This document shows, in pieces, positions 39,374-51,960 of a DNA stretch of 64,000 nucleotides (the first letter of the stretch is position 1; every line of letters starts with the position of its first letter). The stretch lies in the NCBI GenBank assembly GCA_028534125.1, contig CM052818.1, positions 48,176,001 through 48,240,000 on the forward strand, read 5' to 3'. The stretch comes from Lama glama (taxonomy: Eukaryota). A program made the translations under genes and the position numbers. The notes beneath the pieces were generated by a model. The model was not told where the DNA came from, searched no databases, and worked only from the letters and a program-made list of their open reading frames with translations.

Positions 39374-39720
39374 GTGTGTGTGCACACGTGCGAGCTGTGT
39401 GGGCATGTGTGTGTGCTCTACATGAGCTTTGTGTGTGAGGGCACATGTGTGTGGATGTGCTGGTGAATTGTATTTGTGCACTGTATGTGTTGTGGTGTGT
39501 GTGCACTTGTGTGTGTGTGTGCACTGTGTGAGCCATGTGAGTGCACACTTATCTGTGTGCACACTGAATTATGTGTGTTCTATATGAGTTGTGTGTGTGA
39601 GGGCAAGTGTGTGTGCCTGTGTGCACTGCGTGGGTGCAGTATTTGAGCTGTGTGTGTGCCTGTGTGCGCTGCGTGTGTGAGGCACGTGCGTGTGTGGGCC
39701 CGTGTGAACCACGCGTGCCT
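39374..39720. repeat. Degenerate (TG)n-rich low-complexity tract with internal duplications
   Basis: Alternating purine-pyrimidine tract; repeated units 39410-39443 / 39572-39605 and 39608-39632 / 39651-39675. Confidence 0.85.
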
Positions 39721-42700
39721 GTGGTCATTTGGGTAGCCATACCTGAAACCACCAAGTATTAAACGGCCCCCGAGCAGCCCGCACCGCACCATGGACAGAA
39801 TGCGCGGGGATCCACTTCAGTGCCGAGAGCCCCGGACTGGTCGTCCCAGTGAACACAGAAGAGACGAAAGAAAGATGTGGATGAAGACATGGCGGGCAGA
39901 TGCCCGCAGGAGCCACTCGCAGAGGACGGACACAAAGCCAGGCAGCATCCTTAAGCGGAGCTCTTTTCATGTGGACTCTTGGAAGTCTGGCATCTCAGGA
40001 TGGGTGGGTGGGACAAAACACCAAGTAAGCGAAGCCAGGGTCGGGACTGAGGCAGAGGAGACGGGTGAGAAGCAGGGAGGAGCGGCCTCTCGGGGAAAGG
40101 TCCCGGGATCTGGGTTCAGTCCTGACACTGATGTGAACTCGCTGCGTGACTTTGGGCAAGAAACATAAACTCTCTGGCCTCATTTCCTGTAACTAAGAAA
40201 TGAGGAATGGTGGGGTCCCCAGGTCCCCTTTGTGCCTCTGATTTGAACAGAAGGCCTTAAGGAAGGGACATGGGATAAGAGTTGCAGTCCTTTTTGTCTG
40301 GAATATGGTTTCCGGCTTTTCTAAGACAACTGGCTTGTCTTCCAGGATTCAATCACAGCTGGAGCAAAATCATACCTTCCCCCAAAAACGTAATATAGAG
40401 TAGGAGCTATTTCATTTTTCAGAGATCAATGTTAAGAAACTTACACTATTTTGCATTGTCTTAAAGTTCCTAAGGGCTAGACATTACCATCCCTTAGCGA
40501 CGCAGAAAGCAAGAAAGATTGAGTTTCCAAATGAGTGGAGAGCAGAGGGCTAGGGTCCCGCCCCGGTCCCTGACTCCGCAGTTGGCGTTTTCTGTCTTCT
40601 ACAGGGCGGCACTGCTGTCATGTAGTAAATTACCAAACACAACCATCCCTGTCGTTTTTGTTTTGTTTGTTTGTTTGTTTGTTTGTCTGTTTTTAAATCC
40701 TGAAATCAGCCCAGCGCAGGTCGGGGAGATTTGGAACTCTCTCAGGGAGCCCGCCCAGCAAGTGGGAGAGTCCGGTCCCCCTCCCGCCAACCTCCTCAGT
40801 TCCCCGCATGGCAGGCACCTGCCGCCGGGCTCCCTCTGGGTGAGGACAAGACCTGGGAGAACCGGGCCTGTGCAGCCGACACGCAGGGTGGGGAATGAGG
40901 CGGAGGAGGCAGAGAGGGGAGGCCCCTGCAGGAGGAGTCCCGGGATCTGGGTTTTGTCCTGACACGGATGCAAACTGGCTGCATGACTCTGGGCATGAAA
41001 AACAACCCTACTCTTCAATTAATCCCTGCTCGCCAATTCTAGAGAGTAGAGACTGCCCGACCGAGCAGACCCCGCTCTCTCCCTGGACCTCGGTGTCTGG
41101 GCCTGAAAGGGCAGAGCACGGCATGATCTTGCGTGACTATTGCGAGGGTGACGTGAGACTGACATCACAGAGTGCTCAGCGTCAGAACGGAACGACAGCT
41201 GACGGGGGTCGAGCACCTTGCACTTGCCTTGCGGGTCCCAGCTCTCTCCCCTGGAGGTGACACAGGACTCACAGTGTCGGTGAGCGACCTCGGGACTCAG
41301 CTGCCTCTGCACCACTTTGAATCCCACCCGTGAGACTGGTGCCAGTCACTTGAATCTGCAGCCTCCGGACTTTTTGGATCACGCAGCTCAGATAGTAGTA
41401 AAAAAAAAAAAAAACCAAGAGCATGCTCCCATTCCTCACGTGTAAACGTACTCACCCTTCCTTCTCTGTGTGTGCTCTGTCAGGCTGTCCACGAACATCA
41501 GCACAGCTCCATCTGTGTTTCAGTGCGCCCAGGAAAGCAAACAGCGCAGAGGTCCTGTTCTTTACGGCCGCACCACGGGTGGAGAGCTCGCGTGTCATCC
41601 TGAAATCCACCCGGCGGCCAGTGAGGAAACCCACCTGACCACGAACGTGTGTACCTCAGCCTCGTGTTGCTTCTGCCCATCTTCACCTTTAAATGTGATA
41701 TAAAAGGTCATTTCTTCCTGTTAAATGACTATAAGGAAACTAACCAGAGATGCTGATGGGGAGAAAAGTCAGAGTAAATGTAAAGAGGTGTGAAAAGTCA
41801 TAACTCTTGACTTGCCTTCAAAACGGAGCCATTGCTAAGCCAGCACTGACCGAAGGCGCTGAGCTGCATGCAGGATGAGTGCTCAGGGCAAGCATGTGCT
41901 AGGTGTCTGTGGTATCTGGGTCCCGTGCTCAGCTGTTTTCATACAGTCATTCACTTAATTCTCACAACGACCGTGGGAAGTAGGTGCTCCTAGCCTGTGA
42001 GGCAGGTGCACTGAGCCCCACTTTACAGGTGATAGAACTGAGGCAGAGGGAGACATGGTTAAGCAAGGAAGAGGAAGGCTTCATTCTGGATAATGACCTT
42101 GACTGGGGTGAGGACGTGGATGAATGACAAATACTCTCCTCAAATTCTGCAGAGACTGAACACAATGTAAATAACCTGCAACTACGCTGAGTTATAACTG
42201 GCCTCAGAAATGCAGCCACATGGCTCTCCATGTGGAGGCCGACAGGAAAGCCGCGTCTGTGGCTGTTGGGTCAACGTGTGGCGCCTCCTGACCCCTCAGG
42301 GTCTCAGCCGTGCACGTGGCGAAGCAGAGAGAGTGACCCTTCTTTTTAGTCGGTCTTTCATAGATGCTTGACTTCCAGATCGCACGCCTTCAGGGCAGCG
42401 AAAGTCCCCTTCACCTCCCAAAGGAGGCCATTTAAAATCCCAAGTGGTGAATGATTGTCTGCTGAGGACTGTGCTGTAGCCAGGACGTGGACAAGGACAG
42501 AACCCAAGAAAAATATTCAATCTCGAGGATACCTGTTTAAACGCATCATCTCACTGAGGAGAAAAGACTTGAACACATGTAATAATTAGAGAGTGGGCCC
42601 TTAACCGGGCTTTAAAATCAGTGCTCAGAGGGAAATCACTGCGGGAATCCCACCCGCGTGGCCCTTCCTGGTCTTGGCCACCCTGCGCTTTGGTGTCGGG

Positions 42701-45700
42701 CGCAAGCTGTCCGAACCTCACCTCGGCCCTTACTGTATGTGACGCTGGGAGACTCTGTGTGGCCTCCGTTTCCTGTCTCTGAATTGAGGTAATGAATGTG
42801 CTCCCATCGAAGGGATGTTGTAAGGACTGAGGAAGAAGAAATACCAAAGCACGGTGCTTTGTCCACAAGTGGTTTCCTGCCACTGGCCCGGCCCCCCTTT
42901 CTCTGCTCATGTCTAGCTACCCGCTTGCTCCAACACCTGGCGCACAGGCGCAAGGCCACGGGAGCGAGCGAGGCCTTCCGATGCCCAGCTGGCACCAGCT
43001 GGAGCAGAGATGCGACCCTTCGCTCAGCCGTGTCCCCATCATCAGTGTGTGAGCAGGACACATGGCCGCTATTTAAGCCAGGGTAGTCTATGGAGCTTTC
43101 TGCTCTTATCGACCCCTTGGAATTAGACTATTCAGTGAGACGGTGGGATAGATATTTGTGAATGGGGCGAGCGACACTTAATAGGGCACCAGTATCCGAG
43201 CACCTGGAGGGTCAGGTGAAGTGACCCACACGAGCTCTGGCAGCGTGGAGGCCGCGCACAGGGTTAGTGAGCGCGAGCAGAGCTGCTAAGGCTGGCTCCG
43301 AGGAGGCACTGACTGCGGCAGGCCACGCAGCCCCAAACCTCAAAGGACGTTCACCTGCTTCTGGGATCACATGTGACATCTTTCCATGCTGGTGACATGG
43401 GAGGTCTGAGAATTAAGGTCAGAGGAAGATCAGCTCCGAATGCGTGGCCCGCCCTCCCCAGTTCTCAGAGGGTTTTCCTTTTAATCAATTTGCTGGAAAC
43501 TTACATACAATGTTACAAGAAAAGTGGTACACGGTTATAATTTTAAAAATTAGTAACTACAGCAGAGAAACATGAAGGAAAAAACCAAAGAGCCAAGAAA
43601 AAACAAGGTGGCGCCCACTGGCAGTGACCTGAGCGGGACGTTTCTCGTGCTGGCGGGCAGGAAAACATTTTCAGAGCCGCGTTCGCCACTTACCTTTCCA
43701 CAGCCCGGGTCTGTTTGAGTCTGGCCTAATTTCTTTGAAAGACCGGGGGCCGAGGGGCCTGTACTAATTTCTATAGCTGCCCTACATTTGGTATTTCCCC
43801 TTTCACATAACCGTTGTCTGCTTTGAATACCAAACCCGACATAAACTTGAAAGAATTAAAATCATTTTATCGATAATTGGAATGCAGTCTTGTGACCATG
43901 AATAACTTTCCGTGCATCTTCTGTGGGATGAGTCCCTCTTTGGATGGATTAATTTTCCACTATCCTTACTACCACTTTTGATAACCTAGAGGAGTTCAGA
44001 AGTTAAATAAACTAATTAAATGAGGGGCTTGGGCGCCCTGCGCGCCAACAGCAAGCCTAAACCTCTAAACGCACTGTAAGAATCGCAGGGAGGCTGTGTC
44101 AGGAGAAGGCCTGGGAAGGCCCCTGTCAGGCCCCCAGATGGGCGTCTCCGGGGCTGTGGGCGCCTCTAGCAGAGGCCACTGGGATGAGCAGGGTGTGTCA
44201 TACGGGGCAGAGGAGTCGGGTCACCCTTGCGTAGTAGTCAAGGAGCCCCTTGGAGTGACAGCGAAGGTCAGGATGATGCTTTGTGGTCTTGTGAACAGGA
44301 GAGCCGGAAGCCAGAAGGTTCCAACGAGTGTGACTGAGGACAGGACCCAGATAGCTCTTTGTGTCTCTGGCCCCTGGTGTGCCCAGCAGCTAACCTTCCC
44401 ACTGCTGGAGCCAGTGACGCTAAGAGCAAGGGTCCCTGGACAAGAGAATGCACTTCTCCAAGGCCACAAACAAGCCACCCCTGGGAGCTTCCTAAAGCTT
44501 TCAGGAGGGAGAAGACAATTCTTGGGGACGCCTCCCAGCCACAGCAGGGATGATCACAGTAGACAAGCCTCCTCCAGAGTGTTCACTTGGTTACTAAGTC
44601 TGAACTCGGATGGGCCAAATGGTCCACACAGGCCTCCGGACCAGAAGCTCGTGAAAATGCGTTTGGGGGATGGGTGAAGAAACCCACGCTCTTACAGTCA
44701 CGTTATACTGGGTTTGGTGATGTCTGGGGGTGATCCCCAAATGGGCTGCGGACATGGAGCTGGGTGAAGGTTGGGTCAACAATGGAGCGTCTATGGGGCC
44801 ACCTTTTTGGCCTCCAGCCAGCAGACTGTCCCTGGTTTCCAAGGCTCTCCTGCTTCAGGGACCCTTCAGAGAGTGCCCCGTTCTCTAGCAGGAAGGCTAG
44901 AGCCATGGAGCCTCCCCACCTTGGACAAGGGCAGGGGGCACTGACGTGCCTGTTGCTGGTCACCTTCTGCATCCTTCTCCATCACCATCTGGAATTTAGA
45001 GCTGCCCGATCTTTTGGGGATGAATGTGAAGTTAAAGTTAATTATAATGAAATATAACTCATTGAAATAAAAAAAAAACTGGCATCTCCTGGAGTGTTGA
45101 CCATGTGCTATTTGCTGAAGAGTAAAAGCACCTGTTATGACCTGTGCACTTTGATTCTGAGTCCACATAGGGTTTTTGAAGTGTATTTCAGAAGTCCACC
45201 AATACATAATGTATCTAGAGAAGCTGTGGGGGAGTTTTGTTTTCATTTTTGTTTTCTGCGCAGTCACAGAGTCACAAAGAACAAACCAAGATGAGTGTGT
45301 GGAGCTGTATGTCAGAGGGAAGATGTTCTGGCTCCACGAAGCTGAAGACAAGAGTTGACCCACGTGTTGATCTAAAGATTCTGTCGGAAGCTGCATATGG
45401 TGTGATCTCTGTCCCGGAGATGGGCGGGTGAGTGACAGAGGTACTATGTATCTTGTTGTCCTTGGGGCTGGGAGGCGAACTCACATTCCTGAAGTGGTCA
45501 CATAGGGTCGCAAGGCCCATAGACTTTTATTTACTTCTCACTGCTATCCTGTAAGGAGGCAACACTCTGCAAGGAAGATGCTTATAAATGAGAAAGCTGA
45601 GGCTCAGGAAGGTGAAGAAATGTGCCCACACTACTTAGGTAGAAATCAGGAGAGCTGGGATTTGATCCCAGGTCAAGTGTAGCTGAACAGTGTCCTTCTG

Positions 45701-46487
45701 TCTCATTTTCTGGACCGACGGGTAAAACTGAGTGTGTTTTCTACCATCGTGTTTGAAATGCAGCTGCTTCTGCTATACCATGGTTTGTCTCACTGAAAAA
45801 AGCTCTTGTTTAAACTGCAAAGTGAAAATAACAGGGTTTGTATGGCTGGTGGCGTCCCCACACTGCGCGCCCGTGAGACTTCAAAGTACCAAAAACAAAC
45901 AAACAAACAAATTAAAAAAACTGTTCCAGCAAAAACACACACGCAATTATGCCTCCCCTGGGATGGTCACTGGGCAGCACGGTCAGTGGGCCCTTTTCAA
46001 TGCTGAGGGTTGATTGAGCATTTTTTTGAGACGTCCATCCTTAAGCACATTGGCTCTAACACAGCCCGGCTTCAGCAAAATTAAACCTCGGTTCTCAATG
46101 CAGTCTTCTTTCTCCATCATTTTTTTTTTCAAACAATGTGTGAAATGTGTTTGCAGCTTTACTAGAGAGCTTAACAACATGGAAAATGGAGCCGTCAACC
46201 ACGTGCCGTTTTCACCAAGGGAAGACAGCTCTAGGGGATTCTGAGTCTGTTTCTCAGTCTTCACGTATTGCTAAGGCTTTTTCTCTAGCCGTCAGTCTGC
46301 CCCGCCCCGCTGCACCACCAAAACATTTATCGTGTGTGAACCACAGGCAGTTTCCATTCATGCTGGTATCATCTGTCTCTTTACCAGTTAATTACAAGCT
46401 GATGCACAGCACAGAGACCCGCGACGTCTCAGTACAGGGTGTGTGTTGTTGTACTGATCTGCTTGAACATTTTTCCTCTCCTACTAG

Positions 46488-46793
46488 ACCCGCGCTGCAC
46501 TGGACGTGGTGGCCACTCCCCACCCGGAGCACTTCGGTGTGGAGGACTCAAGTTGAGACGTGCTATTAAGTGTAAAATACACATCACATTTTAAAGATTC
46601 CGTATGCAAAAATAATGTGAAATATCTTTGATAGCTTTCACGGGGAAATCACATCAATGTGTGGGACCTATTAGGTTCCATAAAATGCATCGTCAAGGTT
46701 ACTGGACTTGCTTTTTAATTTTTATTGGAGGTGCTGGTGGTACATTTAAAACTGCATGCGTAGCTTGCCTCTCAGTTCTGCTGGAGGGTGCGG
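46488..46793. mobile_element. MER33-like hAT-Charlie element
   Basis: gcgctg...gtggccact...gagcactt...ttgagacgtgctattaagtgtaaaatacaca...atgtgaaatatct...atttaaaactgcatgcgtagct. Confidence 0.75.
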
Positions 46794-47329
46794 GGCCTGA
46801 TCCCAAGTTTATGGGGAGCAGGGACTACGATTTATTGATTTCACAGCGATGCAGCCAGCACACTGCCTGGCACAAGGCTGGGCCATAAACATCTGTCTTA
46901 GGCAAGAGAATGAGGTGTGTCTAACTCAAAGCTCATGTTCCTTCCACTGCTCCGGCGGCCCCAGAAGGAAAGAGCAGGCTGGGCCTGGGCCGAACAAAGC
47001 AAAGCCAGGGGCTGATTTACGGTGCCCATGCGGTCAGCCTCCTGGCGCGAGGGGCAGAGCGGACAGGAAGTGTCCGTAAGGCAGAAGACCTCTAGCACGT
47101 GAGCCCCACCTTGGACATTTTTGGAGAGGGATTCCTCAGTCTCACGCATTCCCTATTTTCAATCATTCAGCCAAAATTCGCTTACCAAGCACCTATGATG
47201 AACCCTCCATCATGTTGTCTGGACTCACCCTCGTGCTGAGGTCTCTGACGGTTTAGCAAGAGGCTCACACTAACGGACAGAAAACAACAGAAAATGCCAC
47301 GGGAGGCAGCCCGTCGGTTCCTGGCGGAA

Positions 47330-47800
47330 CTGTGGGCTCTGAATTTTAGCTTTTCTGCGTAGCAGCCACGTGACTTGGGGAACCTGTCCTTTTCTTACGG
47401 AGCTGCTGTTTTCCTGTCTGCAAATTATTTTTAAAAAGGAATTTGTGCAATATTTCCCTGGGGTTAAATGAGGTTCCTATTTGCATGTGAAAGTGCCTGG
47501 CAGAGAAGAAGATAAAGCCTGACACGGGAGAAGATACTTAATCAATGAAAGTAGCATCGGATTAGAGACAGCTTGACAAAATGGGAAGAGAACGGGTCTT
47601 GTAGTCAAAGCCATTTGGCTTCAAATTCTCGCTCTGCCATTCGGCCAGCTGGTTAACCTTTCTAAACTTCAATTTCTTCCCCTGTAGTATTGCAATCATG
47701 TCCCTTACCTTGCTATTTTTAGGAATAAATTAAATAAAGCCTGAAAACCCTTAGTACAGAGCCTGGTGTCTAGGAGAGATTCAATAAGTAGTGATTTTGA
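47330..47800 (+). mobile_element. Two tandem MIR remnants
   Basis: gtgacttgggg...tttcctgtctgcaaa...ggttaaatgag...gtgaaagtgcctggca; then ttcaaattctcgctctgcca...ttagtacagagcctgg...tcaataagtagt. Confidence 0.6.
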
Positions 47801-49279
47801 AACCATCTTTCTTCCTAATTCTCAGCGAGACATCTGGTTTCTAGTTTTAGATTTGTCACTTAGCTAAGACTCATACTTTCAGTAAGTCACTTTACTAAAA
47901 AGACTTAACATTTCATGGTAATAATATGGGCCTCACTTGAATTAGAAAGGGATTATAAATAAAAACTTCAGTGACTGCTCACGAAAGTCCTTTGAGAACT
48001 TTACAACGGGTAGAGATGCAGCAGCTGCTGGGATGTTGGGTTACCCTGGTCACAATGATAGAGCATTTAATGCTGAAATTTATTTTTCCCATCATTTATG
48101 CTACTGGTTCCTAACTGGGTCATTGAACTCTTAGCACCAATGCAAAAATGTAGCAACACTAAATCTCGGAAAGATAAAAAAAAAAAAAGACACAAACCAA
48201 ATACTTTATTTAATAATGGTATTTGGTAGAAAAAACCCATTTCAAAATACGATCTCTGTGGGGTGAAGAAAGGATTCATATTTTTGGAACTTCAGGTCTT
48301 GCAACTCCTCTTATTTTTAAACAGTTACTAAAGAGAGAGAAGCTATTTGCTCAATTACACATACACGTGGCTGATACCGAGGTGGGGCAGGAGTCCGGGT
48401 CTCCCCTGCCCAGGCCACTGCTCCTCCCTCGTGCCCTACGGAGTGCCATGGGAGGTTGTCACGGACAACTGTCCCCTTTGACTTCTGCTGCATTTGCTGA
48501 CAAGACACCTTCAAGTGTCACACACACAGCTGTGATTTTATACACTTGTTACTCTGCTAACTTGACCTTGACTCTCATCAGAGTAAGAAACACCACCAAA
48601 TGGAAACAGTATACCAAAGAAGAAAGGGTGTCCTCTGTGTGCCTAGATCATGAGGAGGCCCAGAGGGGCATTCATGAAGTGGGGTGGGGAGAATGTAAGG
48701 AAAATAAACTGAGCAGGAAATACTGGGGGAGAGGAACTGGAGGTGTATTTGTAGTATAAATTGAGCAACGGTGGCACAGTCCTGGTCAACACCACAGCCT
48801 GAATTCAGTGTCGGCCTAGTGGCAACTCTGACTCTCCTGATCTGCAAACTGCATTTAATAGTCACAAAATTAAGCACGCTTCCAGGAGAAATGGAAAATG
48901 GTATTTTATCACCTTTGCTAATGCTTTGACTTGTGGAAAAATTTATTGAAGAAGACTGATCTCTTTCTATGTGCACCCATGGTTATTTCAACGACTGTAT
49001 GGAAACACCCATCTGCCGTCTGTCCATCATTTTGTGTGTTAATTCAAGAGACATTACCAGAAAACGGCGTCTATGCAGAACTTTCCGATGAAGTCATTAA
49101 GTGATAGGACACAGAATTAGATTATCTTAATCAAACCACAATACTGTCTAGCAATATGAATATGAGCAAGTTACCTAACATTTGCATCTCATGATAATTG
49201 TCCCTACATTGGCTGAGGGCTGGGCTGCAAGGATTTTTTTTTTTTTGGCTCTGGCCATATTATGGTCAACATGAGTTAT

Positions 49280-51350
49280 GATGCATCCTTCAAGTATAAA
49301 AACAACTAGACATTGGATCAAACATGCTTTTAAATATATTGTTGGGCTTAAAGGAAATAAAAAGGAATAATTTCAAAGGTTTCCCTCCCCCTGGGGAAAA
49401 AAAATGAACCTAAGATAAATGTAGACCCTCTTTAGGAAGAAAAAGCATTGAGCAAAATGGGAACAAGCTGTACTGAATGCAAATGCCAGGATCAGAACTT
49501 CGGTTGTTATCAGAATATTGAGCCAGTAGGTAGACATGTTGAACTTGGGATTCTTACATTGAGTCTGGGACCTGAGAAGCAGGTTAAAGTGATTCTAGGA
49601 AGCAGAACCTTCTAGTGCAAAAATTCATTTGTGGAAGAAGGCATTTTCAACTTAAGCCATTCAGATTTCTGAAGATTTCATTCCATCAAATACGAATTTA
49701 TAATCAGAGATCCCCAAACACACAAAGAAACTAGAAGCAGTCATTGAGAGTCAGCCCATACTAGTTTTAGATCACAGAGATGACAGGTGTTGAAATTATA
49801 AGATATAGAATACAAAATATTTATGTATGAAATGTCTAAAAATAATAAAAGACAGTCATAAATGCAAACAAACAAGAGACTACTCTCAATTATGAAAAAA
49901 AAGAGCTTCAATCTCCAGCCACCGTGACATAACTGTTACTTCCGCGGTAAGCAACTATAAAACTGGGAAAATATATATGTGAGGCAACTATTTTTGGATT
50001 TTGGGGAACAAGCATCACAGGAATGTGATCTTTAAGGGTGAAGAAGCACAAAAAGTGAGCCTGAAACTCACACTGGCTTTTTGCCTGGAAGTACTTACCT
50101 GATCGTGGCAGAGGAAGGAGAGCCCCTCTGGAGCAGAATAGTGTTAATAAGCTAACAAGGCAAGTCTGGGGCTAGAAGGTGAAGAGACGGGGACTGGAGA
50201 GGAAGGAACCTTTAGGGTCGGGCAGAAGTCTTTATGGTGTTTCTCTGTGTAAAGGAGGTAATCAAGATCAATCAAAAAAAAAAAGACAGAGAGAAAATAC
50301 AAATGAAATTACAAGACAGCACTAGAGACTCTACAAAATTTAAAGGACAATAAGGGAATATTATAAACAAATACATAATATTAATCCAAAAATGAAGAGA
50401 AACAAATTTCCTAAAAACCATGATTTATTAAAAGTGACAAAAGAAGAAACTAAAAATCTAAAAATTAAAAATTCTTGTGTCTGTTACAGAAATATAACAC
50501 AAAATCAAAAGCATTCAAGGCACTTGAAAACTCAGTAAGTAGATGGTTTCTTTAGTAATTCTTTCAAACAGTTAAGAAGAAATAATAAATTCTGATACAA
50601 ACTCATAGAATAACACAGATAAGCACTTTTTAATATGCTTTAAGACAATATTATAACAACTCAGAACCAAAATCTGTCAAAAGCTTCAAAGGAAATCTAG
50701 AGACTAATATTCTTTATGAAATACACCAAAAAACCTTTAAAATAGCAAATCAAATCCAGCATTAAAGTAAAAATATAATACATCTTAGACAAAATTATTT
50801 ATTATAGGAATCAAGGTTGGTTTAATATTAGTAAGCCAATTAAAGCAATTCTCCACAAAGGAGAAAAAATATGAATATATAAACAGACAAAAACATCTGA
50901 CAAAATTCAACACTCATTCATTATTTAAAAAAAAGTCTTAGAAAATAAAGAATAGAGAGGGAATTCCACAGTGTGATAAAGGACTTTTGCAAAAAACCTA
51001 TAGCTAATATTATATTTGTGTAATTATTGACATGGCTTCCTTATATCTGCAACAATCCAAGTATTTTCTCTTCCGTATCTTCCATACACCATTTTACAAG
51101 AGGTGCTGGCCAGCTCAAAAAGGTAAGAAAAATATATCAATAACAAAAAGTGAGAAAGATCATAAACTCTTATTTATTCACAGACAATGTGATTATTTAC
51201 ATAGAAAAAGCCATGGAAGCTACAAAACCCTGCAGAACTAATGATTGACTTTTAAAAGCTCACATTATACAAGGTCAATATAAAGAAATCAACTGTCTAT
51301 ACCAGCAAAAACCAATAGGAAAGTAAAATTTTAAAATACCATTTATAATA
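49280..51350 (+). mobile_element. Composite of ancient L1 fragments (5'-region-like pieces and degenerate ORF2, ~50260-51350)
   Basis: A-rich sense-strand L1 ORF2 landmarks: ataagggaatattataaacaa, aatagcaaatcaaatccagca, aaggttggtttaatattag, tctgacaaaattcaacactcattca, aaacctatagctaatattat, ttattcacagacaatgtgattatttacatagaaaa, atacaaggtcaatataaagaaatcaa. Confidence 0.75.
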
Positions 51351-51354
51351 GCAT

Positions 51355-51960
51355 GAAAGGGACAGAAAGTTAATTCAAAGAAATAACGGATGAAAACTTT
51401 TCTAACTTAGGGAAAAAAGCAGACATCCAGATCCAGGAAACCTAAAAAATACCAAAAACAAAGATGAATCTAAAGAGATCTACACTGAGACACATTGTAA
51501 TTTAATTGTCAAAAGGTAAAGATAAGGAGAGAACCTTAAAAGCAGCATGACAGAATCAACTTGATATGTAGAAAGGAACCCCCATAAGACTATCAGTGGA
51601 TTTTTCAGCAAAAAACTCACAGGCCAGAAAGAAGTGGAATGATATATGAAGAGTACTGAAAGAAAGAAAGAAAAAAAACCTGCCAATCAAAAATAATGTA
51701 TCCAGCAAAGTTGTCCTTCAGAAATGAAGGAGAGAGAGAGTTCCAGACAAAAGCTTAAGTTCATCACCTCTAGACAGATATTACAAGAAGTGTTAACAGG
51801 AGTTCTTCAAGCTGAAAGGAAAGGGTGCTAATTACTAACATGAAAACAGGAGAGTATAAAACTCACTGGTAAAGGTAACCGTGTAGTTATACTCAGAACA
51901 TTCTAATATTGTAGTGGTGGGTGTTTTACCTGGTATGAAGCTTAGAAGAGAAAAGTTTTA
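51355..51960 (+). mobile_element. L1 ORF1 C-terminal region fragment (decayed)
   Basis: Translates in pieces to L1 ORF1p RRM/CTD motifs: ENFSNLGK..DIQIQE, STLRHI, KDKERTLKAA, KGTPIRLSVDFS, MYPAKLSFRNEGE, LQEVLTGVLQ. Confidence 0.85.

Noticed and set aside
38847..39425. 192-aa ORF
   Set aside because: Non-ATG start, runs from an enhancer-like block into a TG repeat, and has no recognisable homology.
43606..43626. Possible CTCF site (minus strand CTGCCAGTGGGCGC); similar weak match near 36508-36521
   Set aside because: Mismatches at high-information core positions; too weak without ChIP data.
44096..44677. 193-aa ORF
   Set aside because: Non-ATG start and no recognisable family; this length is attainable by chance in GC-rich sequence.
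2144..48571. Four perfect TCAAGGTCA/TGACCTTGA sites (2144, 24221, 42094, 48563) as a coordinated system
   Set aside because: They are widely scattered, and this word is common in mammalian DNA (MIRs carry TGACCTTG); no support without a background model.
48223..48759. 178-aa ORF
   Set aside because: TTG start, crosses compositionally unrelated segments, and has no recognisable homology.
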